Shown piece after piece: positions 61,444-64,000 of a stretch of DNA of 64,000 nt. The DNA comes from Podarcis cretensis (Eukaryota), in assembly GCA_951804945.1 (NCBI GenBank), contig OX638150.1, positions 74,896,001-74,960,000 on the forward strand. The letters are read 5' to 3'. Both the position numbers and the translations under genes were made by a program. The notes under the pieces are model-generated. The model made no database searches. It had not been told where the DNA came from and saw only the letters and a list, made by a program, of their open reading frames with translations. How positions within the stretch are numbered: the stretch's first letter is position 1; every line of letters begins with the position of its first letter.

Positions 61444-62670
61444 TTTTTTAAATGATATTTTATTGAATTTTAACAATAAAAAGTTATAAAACAAACAGTA
61501 AAGAAAACACAAGAAAAAATACAAAAACACAAAAATACAAAATACAAAAAATACAATTAACATAAAAACAAAAAAAAACAGAAAAACAAAAGTCCCTCTT
61601 TTTTATCTTCTCCTCTTTAGTTAACTTATTTTCCTGACTTCCTCACGCCTCCCTTTTTTGTATTCCACTTAAAATTTAATTCAGCAAATTCATTAACTTC
61701 AAGCTTTCAACTACCATCAGTCCATTCTTACATAGTCTTTTACCTTGTTACTAGAACCCCTTCATTTCATTTCAATGTCATCAACATTCAAAAATTTTAC
61801 AATGTTTCTGTAAATAGATTTTAAATTTCCTCCAATCTTCTTCCACCAACTCTTCTCCCTGGTCTCGGATTCTGCCAGTCATTTCCGCCATTTCCATATA
61901 GTCCATTACTTGCATCTGCCATTCTTCCAGGGTGGGTAGATCTTGTGTCTTCCAATGCTTTGCGATGAGTATTCTTGCTGCTGCTGTAGCGTACATAAAG
62001 AAAGTTCTATCCTTCTTTGGCACCAATTGGCCGACTATGCCCAGGAGAAAGGCCTCTGGTTTCTTCAGGAAAGTATACTTAAATACCTTTTTCATTTCAT
62101 TATAGATCATCTCCCAGAAAGCCTTAATCCTTGGGCACGTCCACCAAAGGTGAAAGAATGTACCTTCAGTCTCTTTACATTTCCAACATTTATTATCGGG
62201 CAAATGATATATTTTTGCGAGCTTGACTGGTGTCATGTACCACCTGTACATCATTTTCATAATATTCTCTCTTAAGGCATTACATGCCGTAAATTTAACC
62301 CCAGTGGTCCACAACTGCTCCCAATCAGCAAACATGATGTTATGTCCTATATCTTGTGCCCATTTAATCATAGCAGATTTTACCATTTCTTCCTCAGTAT
62401 TCCATTTCAACAGCAAATTGTACATTCTTGATAGTGTCTTAGCATTGGGTTCTAACAGTTCAGTTTCTAATTTTGATTTTTCCACCTGAAAAACGATCTT
62501 TTTATCCAGATTATATGCCTCTCTTATTTGAAAGTAATGTAACCAGTCTCGCACCTTATCTTTGAGCTTCTCATAACTCTGTAATTTCAATTTGTCACCC
62601 TCCTGTTTCAAAATTTTCCAGTATTTTGGCCATTTGGCCTCCTTATTAAGTTTTTTCAAGGCTTTCGCTT
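61409..62670 (-). mobile_element. Young 5'-truncated L1 LINE (ORF2 C-terminus 61781..62659, 3'UTR, A-rich tail)
   Basis: 292-aa open frame with the CCHC zinc knuckle CWKC...FFHLWWTC, followed by 3'UTR, AATAAA and an A/(GAAA)n tail. Confidence 0.93.
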
Positions 62671-62689
62671 CTTTAACTCACAATGAACA

Positions 62690-62810
62690 GGGTTGTATCC
62701 AATGCCGGTCCTACTTAGAGTAGATCCGTTGACATTAATGGACCTGAATGGCTCGGATTTATTAATTCCAGTAGGTCTACTCTGAGTAGAACTTGGTTGG
62801 AATACAACCC
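62690..62810. mobile_element. Palindromic MITE remnant
   Basis: gggttgtatccaa...ttggaatacaaccc ends with internal ctacttagagtaga / tctactctgagtag; related remnant at about 38325..38410. Confidence 0.6.
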
Positions 62811-63320
62811 ACACTATGCTCAGCCTTGCAAACAAGTCTACAGAAACTACTCACCTATAATGCTTCCCTCGCTACCCATTTGCCCCACAAGTGGCAGTTT
62901 TAAAACGTTTTTACTGCCTCGTCACCTCGTGCTTATTTTCCCACAAGTGGCTACTGCAGAAACCTGAATTGAGACAAAGCCACCTTAAGGCTCCAGTGCG
63001 CTTGCTGTCCATCAGATTCTCGCTTAATTTAATGGAACAATTTGCAGAGAAGAAAATAAGACCCTATGGAAACTCAAAAATGACTATAAAGTCCAAGCCA
63101 CAATAAGGTAGAAGAGTGTGAGCCAGAACAGGGTGCTTCTCTCTCATCATCATCATCATCCATCAGCCCCTCTTGCTGCCTCTCTGGATTGCACACAGAG
63201 AGGTTAGTACCTTTAGAAAAACCGTTTCCAAGTACTTGGGAACCATCTGTGGAGCTTTTTGTCCATACTGATCTAGTGACAGGATGAGCAACCCACAACT
63301 GACTTGGTGTTCTGTTGCAG

Positions 63321-63425
63321 GTCTGCCCTGGCCGTGTGATCACCATCCTGACCTGGAAAGGCACAAACCCTCATCTCCGCTCCATACTGCTGAATTCCCA
63401 TACAGACGTCGTGCCGGTGTTTGAG
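63321..63425 (+). CDS. ACY1: ACY1 third coding exon (VCPGRV...[15 protein letters not shown]); gene continues beyond the window
   Basis: M20 peptidase zinc-binding motif LNSHTDVVP; ttgcag| ... GAG|GTTAGA, 105 nt. Confidence 0.97.
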
Positions 63426-63842
63426 GTTAGAAGGGAATTCAGGTCTCTGCATCTTGCATGTGATGTTGCTGTTCAGAAAGGGTGTTGGTGGTACAAATGT
63501 GCCCCCTCCTTCAGAATGTTTTGAAAGACCCAGGGAAGTGTGATAATCCTTGCTTGCTTCTTGTTTTGAATATATAGAGGACACAGGTTACGGTGCTCAT
63601 ATTGGTGCGATGCGTTTTCATTCACATCAACACCTGTGTCATCCTGGGGGATTAGTAATACATACCGTTAACACTTCCTAGGATTACAACAGTTGAGGGA
63701 TGAGATGCAAGATATAGCCCTATAATCTAAACTCAAGGAAACTTTGCCCTCTTCGTTATTCTAGTCCCCAGCTTTATACCAGCAGAGTGCCACCTACAGG
63801 GAGAAATAAAGAGCTGTAGGCATTTAGATGGTTTCTTTAATA

Positions 63843-64000
63843 GAGTGGTACCTTGGTTCTCAAACTTAATCTGTTCCAGAAGTCTGTTCCAAAATAAAGC
63901 GTTCCAAAACCAAGGTGCGCATTCCCATATAAAGTAATGCAAAATGGATTAATCCGTTCCAGACTTTAAAAAACAACCCCTAAAACAGCAATTTAACATG
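63843..64000 (+). mobile_element. Tigger-like MITE, truncated by the window end
   Basis: TA-GAGTGGTACCTTGGTT terminus resembling the CAGTGGTACCTCGG TIR. Confidence 0.65.

Noticed and set aside
61781-62659. 292-aa intact L1 ORF2 fragment as a possible domesticated gene
   Set aside because: Ordinary 5'-truncated insertion with 3'UTR and tail, non-ATG start at the truncation point, A-rich composition; intactness is explained by youth.

Overview
Eukaryotic (vertebrate) genomic DNA, almost certainly a squamate and probably a lacertid lizard, judged from the Sauria/Squam-type SINEs. The window covers the conserved synteny block [PCBP4 5' end, inferred] - ABHD14B (-) - ABHD14A (+) - ACY1 (+, 5' part). 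Exon structures could be read directly with canonical GT/AG boundaries and consistent phases: ABHD14B is complete (212 aa, 3 coding exons), ABHD14A is complete (268 aa, 4 coding exons), and the first 3 coding exons of ACY1 are present. There are four CpG-rich promoter regions and many SINE, LINE (L1, L2, CR1, RTE-like) and MITE insertions. The main unexplained element is an intact, orphan 275-aa LINE-1 ORF1p-derived ORF (29540..30367) in ABHD14A intron 1. It has no L1 ORF2 or poly(A) tail. A GT donor near its end (30357) is exactly in frame with the first coding exon of ABHD14A, so it is a candidate domesticated L1TD1-like gene and/or an ORF1p-ABHD14A fusion isoform. Secondary findings are an intronic inverted duplication, a candidate membrane microprotein ORF, and tandem duplications at SINE 5' junctions. 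No database searches were run; family assignments rest on recognised motifs.
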